From assembly GCA_041690595.1 (NCBI GenBank), contig JAWLHB010000041.1:1-64000 (forward strand): a DNA stretch of 64,000 nt. Reading direction: 5' to 3'. The position numbers were made by a program, and so were the translations under genes. Of this stretch, positions 9,641-19,812 are shown piece by piece. Position 1 is the stretch's first letter; each line of letters begins with the position of its first letter. Below the pieces are notes generated by a model. It saw only the letters and a list, made by a program, of their open reading frames with translations. It was not told the origin of the DNA and did no database searches. The stretch comes from Lentisphaeria bacterium. Lineage in GTDB: Bacteria > Verrucomicrobiota > Lentisphaeria > JABSQK01 > JAWLHB01.

Positions 9641-10645
9641 TCACCTTGCCTGTTTCCAGTCAAAGACGATGCCCAAGGGTGGGTGTCGGTCCTCGGCAAG
9701 GCGGGCATAGATGGACGGCGCGTGTTCAGGCGGGACGACTTCCGAAATGATCGGTCGGACCTTGAGCTTGCCGGCCGCGATGAAGGCGAGCAGGGTGCGG
9801 TGATCGTCCTGGGCGGTCCAATAGCCGGGACAGGAATCGGTGCGCGGTCGCACGAAGGTATGGGCGCCGATCAACGTTACGCCGGTGAGGTGAAGCTGCT
9901 TGTAGAAATCAATGGGGTGATCGGGGATTCGCGTGCAGCCGAGGAGCGTGATGCGGCCCCGCCGCGCCACGCACTGCAACGCCTGATCCAACGCGGCGGC
10001 GATGCCGGTGACTTCGACGATGGCCGCGGGGCCCGCCCCGGCAGTCAGCTCCTTGATCCTGGCGGGCAGATTCTCCTCGTCGGGCGAGAAGGCGTAGTCC
10101 GCTCCCAGCGTGAGCGCGAGGTCACGGCGTCTCTTGTCGAAGTCGGTCACGATGACAGGGATGGCGCCGTCAAGGGCGGCCACCTGGGTGGCAAAGATCC
10201 CGAGGATCCCGAGACCGCAGATCATCGCGGACTCGCCGAACTGAATCTGGAGCTTGCGAACCCCCTGCAGCCCCATGGCGCCGATGACGACGAAGGCGGC
10301 ATCGAGGGAGTCGACGCGTTCGTCCCGGAGCACGGTGAGATCGGCTGCCTGCTGCACGGCATGGGAACGGTGGCCGGAAAAGTAGGTCAGCGCCCGGTCC
10401 CCGATGGCCACGTGCTCGACTCCTTCGCCGACGGCGATCACCCGCCCAACCCCGCTGTAGCCCGGATAGTAGGGGAAGCTGCCCGAGGTGTTGGGCAGAT
10501 TCAGCAAGTTCGCGCGCTCCGTTCCGGCGCTGACGACGGTGTAGTCGTTCTCAAGCAGGACCTGCCCGGGACCCGGCCTCGGGACATCGAACGGCTTCAG
10601 CACCGCCCGGCCAATCGATTCGAACAGGATGCACGTTCCGGTCAT
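9641..10645 (-). CDS. MDR-superfamily (zinc-binding ADH-like) dehydrogenase
   Basis: VSAGTE, PGYSGVGRV, GLGILG Rossmann motif; AAAGGAG RBS before MTGTC. Confidence 0.9.
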   Translation of the reverse strand: MTGTCILFESIGRAVLKPFDVPRPGPGQVLLENDYTVVSAGTERANLLNLPNTSGSFPYYPGYSGVGRVIAVGEGVEHVAIGDRALTYFSGHRSHAVQQAADLTVLRDERVDSLDAAFVVIGAMGLQGVRKLQIQFGESAMICGLGILGIFATQVAALDGAIPVIVTDFDKRRRDLALTLGADYAFSPDEENLPARIKELTAGAGPAAIVEVTGIAAALDQALQCVARRGRITLLGCTRIPDHPIDFYKQLHLTGVTLIGAHTFVRPRTDSCPGYWTAQDDHRTLLAFIAAGKLKVRPIISEVVPPEHAPSIYARLAEDRHPPLGIVFDWKQAR

Positions 10646-10709
10646 GTCGATTACTCCTTTCTTCAGTGCAAGGTTTCCGCGCTTCATGTGCTCCTCGGCG
10701 GCAACGTCA

Positions 10710-12230
10710 TCAGGCCATCGCGAGCACATGCAGGGTGAATGGTTGTCGCGTCACTTCGCCCGCGGCTGTCGAGGCGACGATGCAAACGGCTTTGTCGCCA
10801 GTGGCGTCGGGGATGCCCGTGAGGCGTCCGGTCGCGGGGTCGATGGTCAGCCATTCGGGGGCGGCTTCGAGGCTGTAATTCACGGGCTGGCGACTGGCGT
10901 GGAAATCGGCGTGCGCGGCATAGATGTAGCGGGCGCCGACATAGATCTCCCGCGGCGGCTGGCTGACGAAGCAGAAATCGTCCAGCCGCAGGCGCCAGAC
11001 GTCATTGAGGAGTGGCCAGATCATACCGCCGGCAAGCCAGAGGGTATCCGCGAAGGTGTAGACCGATTGCTCGTGACGAGGCGCCCAGACGTTCTCGCGC
11101 AGGTTGAAGTCGGCGTTGGACAGGTTGCTGTGATGGATGGTGGCAGGGATATCGAGCTGCCGCCACTCCAGCCCGTCGGCCGAATACCAGATGTCGCCCA
11201 GATTCTGCCAGACCGGCTCCGCCCGGAAGCCGCCGAGCAGCCAGAGGCGATCGCGGTAGAGCGCGGTCGAGCCCCAGATGCGGGGCTGCCACGGCGCTTC
11301 TTCCAGAACCTGCTCCCAGTGGATCCCGTCCGCTGACCGCCAGACATCGTTCCAGGCGATGAAGGGATGGTAGTCAGGCCCAAGGGCGCCACCACCCAGC
11401 AGCCAGATGTATCCGTCGAGCACCAGCGGCGTGTGGTGGATCTGCCGGCCCGACCAGGCCGCATGTTCCGTGGCCAGCGACCAGGTGATGCCATCCGCCG
11501 AAGACCAGACGTCGTTGAGCAGGTGGCCATCCTTTGCGCCACCCATGATCCAGATCCGGCCGTTGAAGACCACCGCGCCGGCGGAGCCGCGGCCGCGCCA
11601 TGGGGCATGTTCCGTGGCGATCGACCATGTCTTGCCATCCGCGGAGCAGTAGAGTATGCCGGAAAAGTCGCTCACCCACATCTTTTCGTCAAAGACGAAG
11701 GCGATTGGAATGTCGATGCCGCTGGTGGTGGGCACGTCTCCTTCGCGCTGCCATTCGATGCCGTCCGCCGAGCTCCAGACATCGTTGGTCATGGCGGGAA
11801 TGTAGCCGCCGAGGATCCACATGCGGTCGCGAAAGACCAACTCGCCGGCGGAATCGCGCGGCACCCACGCGGCCTTCGCCGTGACCCGCTTCCACGATGG
11901 GTGAGGGAAGGCGCGAAAGACCCGGAAGTGAAAGGTGTTGGTGGTGATGCCATCCTCGGCGGTGACGATTCCCGTGAAGCTGTTGCGCCCCACCGACAGC
12001 GGAAAGCTCGGCGACATTTCACCGGGCGACAGCGCTTGGCCATCGATCGAAACCGACGCGCGCGGGGAGCGCGTATCCGCTTTGAAGCAGACGCTATCCA
12101 TCTCGTGCGAGACGTCGATCGGCGCATAGTACTGGCGGGGACGCGGCGCGAAGCGTACGGGCTCGCGGTTCGGCGGACAAAGGAAAAGGCTGGCCAAGCC
12201 TGCATCGGCGACATCAGGGGCGTTCTGCAT
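10710..12230 (-). CDS. Cadherin-like beta-sandwich + Kelch-like repeats + putative Ig domain protein
   Basis: LSVGRN...VTAEDG; repeated W..R......MW.LGG....NDVW.S.DG..W; C-terminal P.WLTIDPATGRLTG.P; CAGGAG RBS. Confidence 0.8.
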   Translation of the reverse strand: MQNAPDVADAGLASLFLCPPNREPVRFAPRPRQYYAPIDVSHEMDSVCFKADTRSPRASVSIDGQALSPGEMSPSFPLSVGRNSFTGIVTAEDGITTNTFHFRVFRAFPHPSWKRVTAKAAWVPRDSAGELVFRDRMWILGGYIPAMTNDVWSSADGIEWQREGDVPTTSGIDIPIAFVFDEKMWVSDFSGILYCSADGKTWSIATEHAPWRGRGSAGAVVFNGRIWIMGGAKDGHLLNDVWSSADGITWSLATEHAAWSGRQIHHTPLVLDGYIWLLGGGALGPDYHPFIAWNDVWRSADGIHWEQVLEEAPWQPRIWGSTALYRDRLWLLGGFRAEPVWQNLGDIWYSADGLEWRQLDIPATIHHSNLSNADFNLRENVWAPRHEQSVYTFADTLWLAGGMIWPLLNDVWRLRLDDFCFVSQPPREIYVGARYIYAAHADFHASRQPVNYSLEAAPEWLTIDPATGRLTGIPDATGDKAVCIVASTAAGEVTRQPFTLHVLAMA

Positions 12231-12321
12231 GGGGATCTCCTGGTTGGCGCGTACTATCCACGGGAAGAGCAGCGAATGCAAGACGCGGGGACGCGGGGAC
12301 GCTGCGCTTGGATGGCAGAGC

Positions 12322-13617
12322 TTACCGTGCGGGCGCTGATTCCAGGCGGGTGGCTACCTCATCGTCGAGCATGCGGAGGATCAGCATGGCGTTGATCCCG
12401 CTGATGGGCGCCATGTGGCCGGGGGGCACCGCCATGCGAACCTCGGCGTCGCCGATGGCCCACGACTGGTCGATGTGAGCCAGGGGCTTGCGGATGCTTC
12501 CCAGATCGGGTGACTCCAGTCGCGGATCCGGTGTGTAGCAGGTGATGACGTCCAAACTCGCTTCTTCGATGCGCGCGCCGAAATCATGGTAGCTGCTGTT
12601 CACCCCACCCGAATAACCGATCCAGATGAGGAGGTCGCCCGCGCTGAAATCGCGCTTGAGTTCGCCGCGGTTCACCTGAGCGTAGTGACGACCGTGAAAG
12701 GGCGACTTATAATCCTTGTTCTGCTCGCCGGTGATCAGGTGGCCGACTCCCGCCACAACGATCTTGCGGCCTCGCCGCAGATAATCGGCGGTGATCTCGG
12801 CGGCGGCCCTCAGTTGCGCCTGCCGGGTGGGTGCGGCCAGGTCGTCGACGAGTGTGTACAGGCGGCCCAGATATATGCTCCCCAACTCGCCGGCCGGGAT
12901 GGCCACCTCGGTATCGGTGAGTTGCAGTCGCCCTTCGCGTGTCTGGATGCGTTTATCGTGTTCCGGGCCGCCAGGGATGCCGATGCTGATGAGTATTCCC
13001 GGCACCTTGCCTTCCCGGGTCATAGCCGAAAGGTACTCGCAGGACCACATCCACGCCAAGGCGGTGTTGAGCAGCACGTTGACGCGACCATGTGCCGCAG
13101 TCCCATCGGGCGCTCCATTGTCGATGAAGAAGGTGGCTCCGGCCGCATCGATATCGTCTGGCGCGCCGGCGCGTGAGGCAATCAGCGTCGTCATCCAGCC
13201 TTTATCGCGATAGGTGGCCAGCTTCTCGAGCATGACCTCTCCATCGGTCTCCCAAGCGCGCACGCTGAGGAGAACGATGTCGTGATCGGTCGTATGGCGG
13301 CGTCGCGAGGCCAGCGGCAAGGCATTGGCGAGTCCGCCGGCGCGATTAGTGAGCTCGTCGCCGAGTCCGGTGAGCTCGGTGTAGGGCACGTGTACGAGTG
13401 CCCCCGGATGGCCGAGCACTCGCTTGGCCGATGCCTCCGCCGCGGCGGTTACCGCGGGAATCTGCTCGCGCAGGTGCGGAAGACGCTCGGCAAAATCCCG
13501 TAGCGCCGGTTGCGGCAGCTCCGCGGCGTGTGCGCGGCAGATCGGCAGGATGGCCATGGCGAGCCATATCACTGCCAGCAGCGCCCTGGCCTGTGCCTCA
13601 GTTTTCAGCTGGTTCAT
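12322..13617 (-). CDS. Secreted protein with tandem SIS-like domains
   Basis: Signal peptide; RGRKIVVAGVGHL, GDLLIWIGYSG and HIDQSW.IGDA.V resemble SIS-fold motifs. Confidence 0.6.
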   Translation of the reverse strand: MNQLKTEAQARALLAVIWLAMAILPICRAHAAELPQPALRDFAERLPHLREQIPAVTAAAEASAKRVLGHPGALVHVPYTELTGLGDELTNRAGGLANALPLASRRRHTTDHDIVLLSVRAWETDGEVMLEKLATYRDKGWMTTLIASRAGAPDDIDAAGATFFIDNGAPDGTAAHGRVNVLLNTALAWMWSCEYLSAMTREGKVPGILISIGIPGGPEHDKRIQTREGRLQLTDTEVAIPAGELGSIYLGRLYTLVDDLAAPTRQAQLRAAAEITADYLRRGRKIVVAGVGHLITGEQNKDYKSPFHGRHYAQVNRGELKRDFSAGDLLIWIGYSGGVNSSYHDFGARIEEASLDVITCYTPDPRLESPDLGSIRKPLAHIDQSWAIGDAEVRMAVPPGHMAPISGINAMLILRMLDDEVATRLESAPAR

Positions 13618-16159
13618 TCTTCAGCTCCTTTTCGATGACCTCGCGGGGGAGAAGCAGCTCGCCGCTCGAACGGGCCAGGTAGGGTGGAACGGTCACCAGT
13701 TGCCGGATGCCGTGAGTCTTTTCGAATTTCCACAGGCGCCCGTCCTGGCCTTCGGGCACGGGCACGCTGAACCAGCCGTCTTCGGCCTGGGCAAAGTCGA
13801 GCAGCACGTTGCCGTCTCCGTCCTTGAGCAGACCGCTGATGCGCGGCGCCCAGTCGGCAACCCGCTGCGCCCATCCGGCGAAGACGCGCGTTCCCTTCGG
13901 GACATAGCAGTACATGGTCCATTCCCCGCGGAAATGATTGCCGATCCCCGTCGTATCCAGATCGCAGGGGACGCTGACAGCCATGCCTTCGGGAAAGGTG
14001 ACGAAGGTGACGTCCCCACCGTCTATCACCTGCAGGCGGTGCAGGCCATCGTATGGGGTCGCCAGCGGCACCTCGTAGAGCTTGCCGTCGGGGCGCACGA
14101 TACCGCTTTCGGCCACGGCTTCAATATCCACTGCCTGCGGAGAGAAGAGCGACATACGGTGGGGCCGCAGATCCCAGCGCCTGTCGACCTTCACCTGGAA
14201 ATTCAGCACCGTGGGCGCCTGCTCCACCCACAGGTAGTAATTCTGCCGGTCTTGGGCGAGGGGCGGATGGTTTCCGCCACCAACCCCCGGCAGCTTCAAC
14301 GGCGTGGCGGGAACCAGTTCCGTACTGAAGCTGACGGTTTCGAAGTCCAGCTCGACCGGCTGGTTGGCCGCGATACCATTGGCGAGGATGACGAGGAAAT
14401 CCTCCTCCGTAAAGGGGCGGTTGTCCATCAGCGGGTGATCCTTCTCATGAGCAGCGCGCTGGCCGATCATCCGCGCCCAGACGCCGTAGACGTGCACCAT
14501 GCTTGTCTCGCGCATGCGGTAGGCATGTTTGAGCATCGCGTCGCGGAGCCGGGGCTTGGCGTCGCCGATGGCGGCCGCCTGGGTTTCGAACATCTCGGCG
14601 TAGCGGGTGTAGAGAATGAGGTCGTCGATGCGGCGGCGCACCGCGTCATCGTCTTTGGCCGCTTTGCGGGCTTGCTCGAGGTGGCGGTACATGCGTCCGA
14701 TCAGGTCGGCGCTGCCACGTCGCGTCTGATCTTCGGTGATCAGGTGGTAGAAGTGCGCCATCGGCTCCCGCGCGGGGCCGAAAGCGCGTTCCAGGAAGTC
14801 CGTGCGAATCTCATCCACGCGATCCGCTTCGCCGATGTCCCACATGGTGCGGGCGGCAATGAGAAAGCCCAGCCCGTAGGGACCCCAGGCATCGCCCGAC
14901 TCCGCATCGTAGAAGCGTGCGCCATACTCGTGATAGGTGCGGATGTTTTGAGCCATCTGGTTCAAACGCGAGGTGCGGGCGCGACGCGGAAGGTTCCAGT
15001 CCCAGGCGACGACGGTGAAGTAATCGTAGACGCCGAGGATGGCCCCGCGCTGCGCCCAGCCCGTCATGACCTGCTCCAGTGAATAGCCACCCGTGAGAAA
15101 GGCGGTCGTCGCGCTCACGATCACATTCGGATTGACCTCGATGGAGGGGGGCGGCGAGTGCCGGTTGTACGCATAGATGCCCACGTACTTTCTGCCCTCC
15201 AGCTCGTTGGCGGGATCGTTGATGGCGGCGGCCACCTCGTTAGCCAGCAGGAGGACCCGGTCGCTCACGCTTCCATTGCCTATCTGCGCGCACAAGGGGC
15301 ACTCCGCGTCGCACCAGTTCGCACCGTCGCTGGGATCCATGGAGATGCTGTCGAGTCCGGGCGTGGCGCGAAACTGACGCACTGCGTGGTCGACGACAAG
15401 TTGACGAAGCCCCGGGTTGCCGACGCAGAACTTGGTATCGCCCCCGATATCCTTGCGCTCGCCCTTCACCAGCGCATAGTAGTCCGGGTTGGCCTCGAAG
15501 GCGGCACGGTTGGCGCTGAGAATCGCCCCGTAGGCATGGCCGCTGTTCAGCTTGAACCCCTGCGCTACCCGGTTGCGCGCCGACCAATCACGCAACGTCT
15601 CGATATTGTAGCCAAAACCCCGGCCCCAGTTGTACCAGATGCGGCGCGCATGGAAATCGGGCGATTCATGGATGTCTACCGCCAGGGAGAGATCCCGGGG
15701 GGGCGGAATCACCTCCCACGCAGCGCCCGGAAAGAACTGGCGATAGCCGAGCCGGTAGAGCAGATCCCAGACTGCATGCTGCACACCCAGCTGATCGGCT
15801 CCGATCAGCCAGAGTGCCTCCGGCGTGGATCGCAGAACGTAGTCCTCGCGGTGCAAGGAACCGGTTTCGAAGCGGATATCCGCTGGAGTACTGGCAAAGT
15901 CATGGAGCTGACCGAGCATGATCCCAGTGTCGCCGCCACTGACGATCTCGAAGGTGGCACCGCTCAGCCGGCCCAGGTAGTCGGCGAGGGTCGTTGCCAG
16001 GCTTCGTGTGGCCCCAGTGGCGTTTTCGCTCACCACCACGGGCATTCGGGCATGCCCATCGACGCTGAGCACGATGGGGTCGGCTGCCTCCGTGCGGGGC
16101 GAAAGCAGCATCAGCAATCCCATTATCATCGTTGGATACCAGACCATGTAGTACTTCAT
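13598..16159 (-). CDS. DUF4838-type secreted glycoside-hydrolase-like protein (paralog 5)
   Basis: Signal peptide; LGYRQFFPG, PDF..R, FCVGNP, DPSDG..WCDAECPLC, YAY; start MKYYM. Confidence 0.85.
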   Translation of the reverse strand: MKYYMVWYPTMIMGLLMLLSPRTEAADPIVLSVDGHARMPVVVSENATGATRSLATTLADYLGRLSGATFEIVSGGDTGIMLGQLHDFASTPADIRFETGSLHREDYVLRSTPEALWLIGADQLGVQHAVWDLLYRLGYRQFFPGAAWEVIPPPRDLSLAVDIHESPDFHARRIWYNWGRGFGYNIETLRDWSARNRVAQGFKLNSGHAYGAILSANRAAFEANPDYYALVKGERKDIGGDTKFCVGNPGLRQLVVDHAVRQFRATPGLDSISMDPSDGANWCDAECPLCAQIGNGSVSDRVLLLANEVAAAINDPANELEGRKYVGIYAYNRHSPPPSIEVNPNVIVSATTAFLTGGYSLEQVMTGWAQRGAILGVYDYFTVVAWDWNLPRRARTSRLNQMAQNIRTYHEYGARFYDAESGDAWGPYGLGFLIAARTMWDIGEADRVDEIRTDFLERAFGPAREPMAHFYHLITEDQTRRGSADLIGRMYRHLEQARKAAKDDDAVRRRIDDLILYTRYAEMFETQAAAIGDAKPRLRDAMLKHAYRMRETSMVHVYGVWARMIGQRAAHEKDHPLMDNRPFTEEDFLVILANGIAANQPVELDFETVSFSTELVPATPLKLPGVGGGNHPPLAQDRQNYYLWVEQAPTVLNFQVKVDRRWDLRPHRMSLFSPQAVDIEAVAESGIVRPDGKLYEVPLATPYDGLHRLQVIDGGDVTFVTFPEGMAVSVPCDLDTTGIGNHFRGEWTMYCYVPKGTRVFAGWAQRVADWAPRISGLLKDGDGNVLLDFAQAEDGWFSVPVPEGQDGRLWKFEKTHGIRQLVTVPPYLARSSGELLLPREVIEKELKNEPAEN

Positions 16160-16181
16160 GCGGAGTACCTTGTTTCGAGGA

Positions 16182-17423
16182 TCAGAGTGCGCGTTGCATC
16201 GGCGTGGTTCCAACGGCGGGTTCAGCGTCGGCAAAGGGCACGCTCTTCCAGGGATCTTTCCAGATCGGCGTCTCGTCCTTCCATTGCCGCCATTTCATGA
16301 CCTTGTCGCGCAGGTAGAAGCAACGTTGGAACAAGGTGGCGGCCCGGATGGGATCGTCCGGGTGATGCTGCACCCCGATCCGGCACAGTGGCCCATCGGC
16401 GTCGCGCGAGCACATGTGGTCATAGAGCGACGCCTCCGTCGGCTCCTGCTCGAACGCCTTCATGCGCCGCGTCATGTTGCGCAACGTACCCAGAGCGCCA
16501 CGGAAGTAGACCGCCTCCGGCGTGGTGCCGTCCTGGCCGGACTCCTCCAGGTACTGCATTCGGCGCGCTTCAATGAAGGCCTGATAGTCGGGATCGAAGG
16601 AAGACATGCCGTTGATGTAGATGACTCCATTCGGCCCTGGACGACGCACGACATAGCGGCAACGGGAGGCCTTGTCGATCGCCACCGCTTCTCCTGCCTC
16701 GTCGTGTATCAACAGGTTGGCGCTGCCCCAGAAGTAGTTGTAGCGGATAAGGAATTCCTCTGCCTCCGCCACACTTCGGCAATGCCGCTTGGCCAGGCCC
16801 ACTGCGTCCGCCGGGAAGATCTCCGGCGGCACATCGTCAATGTGCAGGCCGTTGCCGACACCATCGAAGAAGAGGGGGGTGAAGGGGTTGGGGATCGGAT
16901 CGAGTCGCTCCGGCTGTGGCTTCCACGAATGGACCGGGTCGTCCACATTCTTGAAATGCAGCGGCCCCGCATCGGTTATCGGGGCAAAGACCACGCGACA
17001 TCGTTCGCGCTTGTCGGGTGGCAGGGAACCGCCATGCGGCGTCTTGCCGGTCTCCGCGCGACAGCGGTAATTGCACCAGAAGCCCATCGATTCGTTCAGG
17101 GCGATCAACTCGCGGCTCATGCCGGCGTCGGCCATGCCGCGGTACCGCGCCAGCAGGAGCTCCTGCTCGCCATCCAGTTCAGGATAGACAGAAAGGTCGG
17201 GGACCGCGTTGATCCGTTCGTCGTGCAGTGCCACAACCCGGGCAATCAGCTCATTGGTGGCCATCCCCACCTGAGCGGCTTTCTGGGCCGCGCCTTTCAG
17301 GAGGGTTGCGCCGCCCGCTTCCACGCAGCGGGTCGTGTTGATGCCGCCCTGCATGTGAACCTGGCCCAGAGCATAGCCAGTGCGATAGGCCGCCACCAGC
17401 GTCGCATTGTGATCTGCTTTCAT
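16182..17423 (-). CDS. Peptidase C45-like Ntn-hydrolase (acyltransferase/amidase)
   Basis: LIALN...ERCRVVF.....GPLHFKNVD, ANLLI.D..GEAVAI; GGAG RBS before MKADH. Confidence 0.7.
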   Translation of the reverse strand: MKADHNATLVAAYRTGYALGQVHMQGGINTTRCVEAGGATLLKGAAQKAAQVGMATNELIARVVALHDERINAVPDLSVYPELDGEQELLLARYRGMADAGMSRELIALNESMGFWCNYRCRAETGKTPHGGSLPPDKRERCRVVFAPITDAGPLHFKNVDDPVHSWKPQPERLDPIPNPFTPLFFDGVGNGLHIDDVPPEIFPADAVGLAKRHCRSVAEAEEFLIRYNYFWGSANLLIHDEAGEAVAIDKASRCRYVVRRPGPNGVIYINGMSSFDPDYQAFIEARRMQYLEESGQDGTTPEAVYFRGALGTLRNMTRRMKAFEQEPTEASLYDHMCSRDADGPLCRIGVQHHPDDPIRAATLFQRCFYLRDKVMKWRQWKDETPIWKDPWKSVPFADAEPAVGTTPMQRAL

Positions 17424-17436
17424 CGCTTGCTCCATA

Positions 17437-19812
17437 TTAAGATGAGGTCGTCCGTTTCGAGGCCGCCAACCGGTCGCGATGCTCCCGCAGGGCGGGGTAC
17501 TCGTAGATGTCGAGCCGCTCTTCACGGTCGAGCGCACCAAGCAGCCGATGGAGACCGCGATACGCCATGGCGCAGGGCTTTGCCTGGCCTGCCTCCGTGC
17601 CGGCCGACATCGAAATGTCGGTCGGATTGGCATGGGTTGGATCGAGCCACCGTTCCAGAATCAGCTGCCCCGCAAGCAGGTAGTCCTTGTCGCCGGTCCG
17701 TTCGAAGCCGATCGCCATCACCACCCCGAGCATCGAACGGATGGAGACCGCTTCCCCCTCTTCGATCTTCTGCCAGAAGGCATCCTTGAGATCCGACAGG
17801 AGCTGCTCGAACCACCGGCGCGACTGATCGTCACCGGCCAGACTCTGGTAGCGGTCCAGCGCTTCCACCATCGACGAGTAGCCAAAGGCGTTGTCGATCA
17901 TCTGCCGTTCCAAGCTGCGACCCGCCTTGCCCAGCGACAGGTTGACCGCCCCCGCGAAACCCTGCCGGTCGTACCCCTGCAGATAGGTGGCGATGCTGCT
18001 TGCTTCCTCCAGATAACGATTCTCTCCAGCCTCGACCAGGCAGCAGAGCGCCAGCAGCGCCCAGCCGATCTCGCGGTCGAACTTCCACTGGCGGACCGTG
18101 GCGTTGTGGTTGACCTCGATGATCTTGTCCCCAAGCGCCAGAGCGGTTTCCAGCGCATCGCGATCGCCGGTCAGGCAGTAGTACTGCAGCAGTCCCTGCG
18201 TCCAGAAATGGCTGGTGATCGCGCCCTTGCGGTTGTGGAAATGGCTGTGAAACGGGCTGGCGCGATGGTGCCAGGGATCATCGGAATACGACAGGAAGTC
18301 GATCTCCACGTTGTGCCTGGCCGCCCAGCGCAGCATGCGGAAGTGATCGTCGGTGCCGGTCCGCATCACCTGAGTCGCCAGCGTGTGGACCACATCGTAC
18401 TCGTTATTTGTCCACACAGGCTCGACGAAGTACTTGAGCTGATCCGGAAAGACGTAGCCGGTGTGGGATACAGAGCGGGGGAAGTTCTCGAAACAGCCGA
18501 TCGGCATGTACTGGTTGGGACCGGTTGCATAGCCCCTGGTGTAGTGCCAGTCGGGGGTATCTCCCAGATCCATCTTGGCTCCGCGGGACTGGAGTTCGCA
18601 CAGTTGATTCAGCAGGCCGCTCATGCGCAGGTGGCGCCCGGGAATATGATGCATGATGCGGTCCAACTCGAAGCAGCCAAGGTCACGCAGAGTCGCCGGA
18701 GCCGGTTGGGCCCGGCCTGGCGCGAAGAGGGCGCTCGCTTGCCCGGCGAGCTCCGCGGGGGAAAGCGCGCTGCCGCGAGGCGCGACGGCGATGAGCAGCG
18801 TCTGCTCCTTGCGCCATCCCTGGCTCCAGGTCAGCGTACTCCCCGGTGGTACGAGGTGATACGAAAGCTCCTGCTCCGTGCTGGCGAGGGCATTTGGCTG
18901 CGTCTGCGCAAAATCCACCACTCGGGCGCTGATGCGACCGGTGCTGCCGCGAAGCTCCAGCCAGTCACCCGTCGGGATCAGCGGGGGGGCACAGTAAAAG
19001 GGATAGTTGGTATCGTCGAGCAGCATGGCGGGATCCGCCACATGCACACCGTTCATGGTGTGGTCCGCAATCAACGTCACGGGCGCGGGGTTGATGACAT
19101 CCCGCGGCTGCCACTCGATGCCGTGGCTGCGCTGGCGGAAAACCCGCTCGGTCGCCGCTCCCACCTGCCAGTTGCCGACAAGGGTCGCTTCGGTAACGGT
19201 CAGATTGGCCTGGCCCGGGCAGGCGTGGGTGATCATCCAGTCGATCCGCGCCGCCGGCCAGCCCTGCCACAGTTCGATGGTGAGCCGGTAATCCAGCCCT
19301 CCGGACTCGCCCTTCAGCTTGCCCCGCAGTTCGACCTGAGCACGCACCGGGCCATTACGCAGGATCCTCACCTCGCGAACAGCGCCATCCTCTTCAACAC
19401 AGCTGCCAAGCTCCACCGTCTTCACCAAAGGTCGCAGGGCGCCTGAGCCCCCTTCCCATTCGAGCGAAACCGGATCGCCGCTGCCGGTGCCGTAGAGGGC
19501 GACCGTGAGGAGTCCGTTGTCCAGTTCCACGCCGTTGCCGCTTTCGCTGGCGAGCGAATCGGTCGATGCCGCTGACTCGGCCGGAGCAGCGGTCACCTCC
19601 CCTTCCCATTCGGAGAGGAAGGAAAGCTCCCACCAGCGTACGCCGTTGGTGGTGGGGCCGGTCAGGAGAGAGGCCTGGGCCCATCCCGTGCGGCCGGATT
19701 CGCCGGTCAGGCGCGCACCGCATGACAGATCCACCTCGCTCGGAAACGGGCAACCGGTGATGGCGGGGCTCTTCTTGTCATGGCCATGATGCAGGATCAG
19801 CGTGGAAGCCAT
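17437..19812 (-). CDS. PcRGLX/YetA-like (PL26 exo-rhamnogalacturonan lyase-like) protein
   Basis: NGPVR beta-sandwich; WTNNEYD, H.VEID, SHFWTQGL..YY.LTGD and DREIGWAL alpha-barrel motifs. Confidence 0.7.
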   Translation of the reverse strand: MASTLILHHGHDKKSPAITGCPFPSEVDLSCGARLTGESGRTGWAQASLLTGPTTNGVRWWELSFLSEWEGEVTAAPAESAASTDSLASESGNGVELDNGLLTVALYGTGSGDPVSLEWEGGSGALRPLVKTVELGSCVEEDGAVREVRILRNGPVRAQVELRGKLKGESGGLDYRLTIELWQGWPAARIDWMITHACPGQANLTVTEATLVGNWQVGAATERVFRQRSHGIEWQPRDVINPAPVTLIADHTMNGVHVADPAMLLDDTNYPFYCAPPLIPTGDWLELRGSTGRISARVVDFAQTQPNALASTEQELSYHLVPPGSTLTWSQGWRKEQTLLIAVAPRGSALSPAELAGQASALFAPGRAQPAPATLRDLGCFELDRIMHHIPGRHLRMSGLLNQLCELQSRGAKMDLGDTPDWHYTRGYATGPNQYMPIGCFENFPRSVSHTGYVFPDQLKYFVEPVWTNNEYDVVHTLATQVMRTGTDDHFRMLRWAARHNVEIDFLSYSDDPWHHRASPFHSHFHNRKGAITSHFWTQGLLQYYCLTGDRDALETALALGDKIIEVNHNATVRQWKFDREIGWALLALCCLVEAGENRYLEEASSIATYLQGYDRQGFAGAVNLSLGKAGRSLERQMIDNAFGYSSMVEALDRYQSLAGDDQSRRWFEQLLSDLKDAFWQKIEEGEAVSIRSMLGVVMAIGFERTGDKDYLLAGQLILERWLDPTHANPTDISMSAGTEAGQAKPCAMAYRGLHRLLGALDREERLDIYEYPALREHRDRLAASKRTTSS

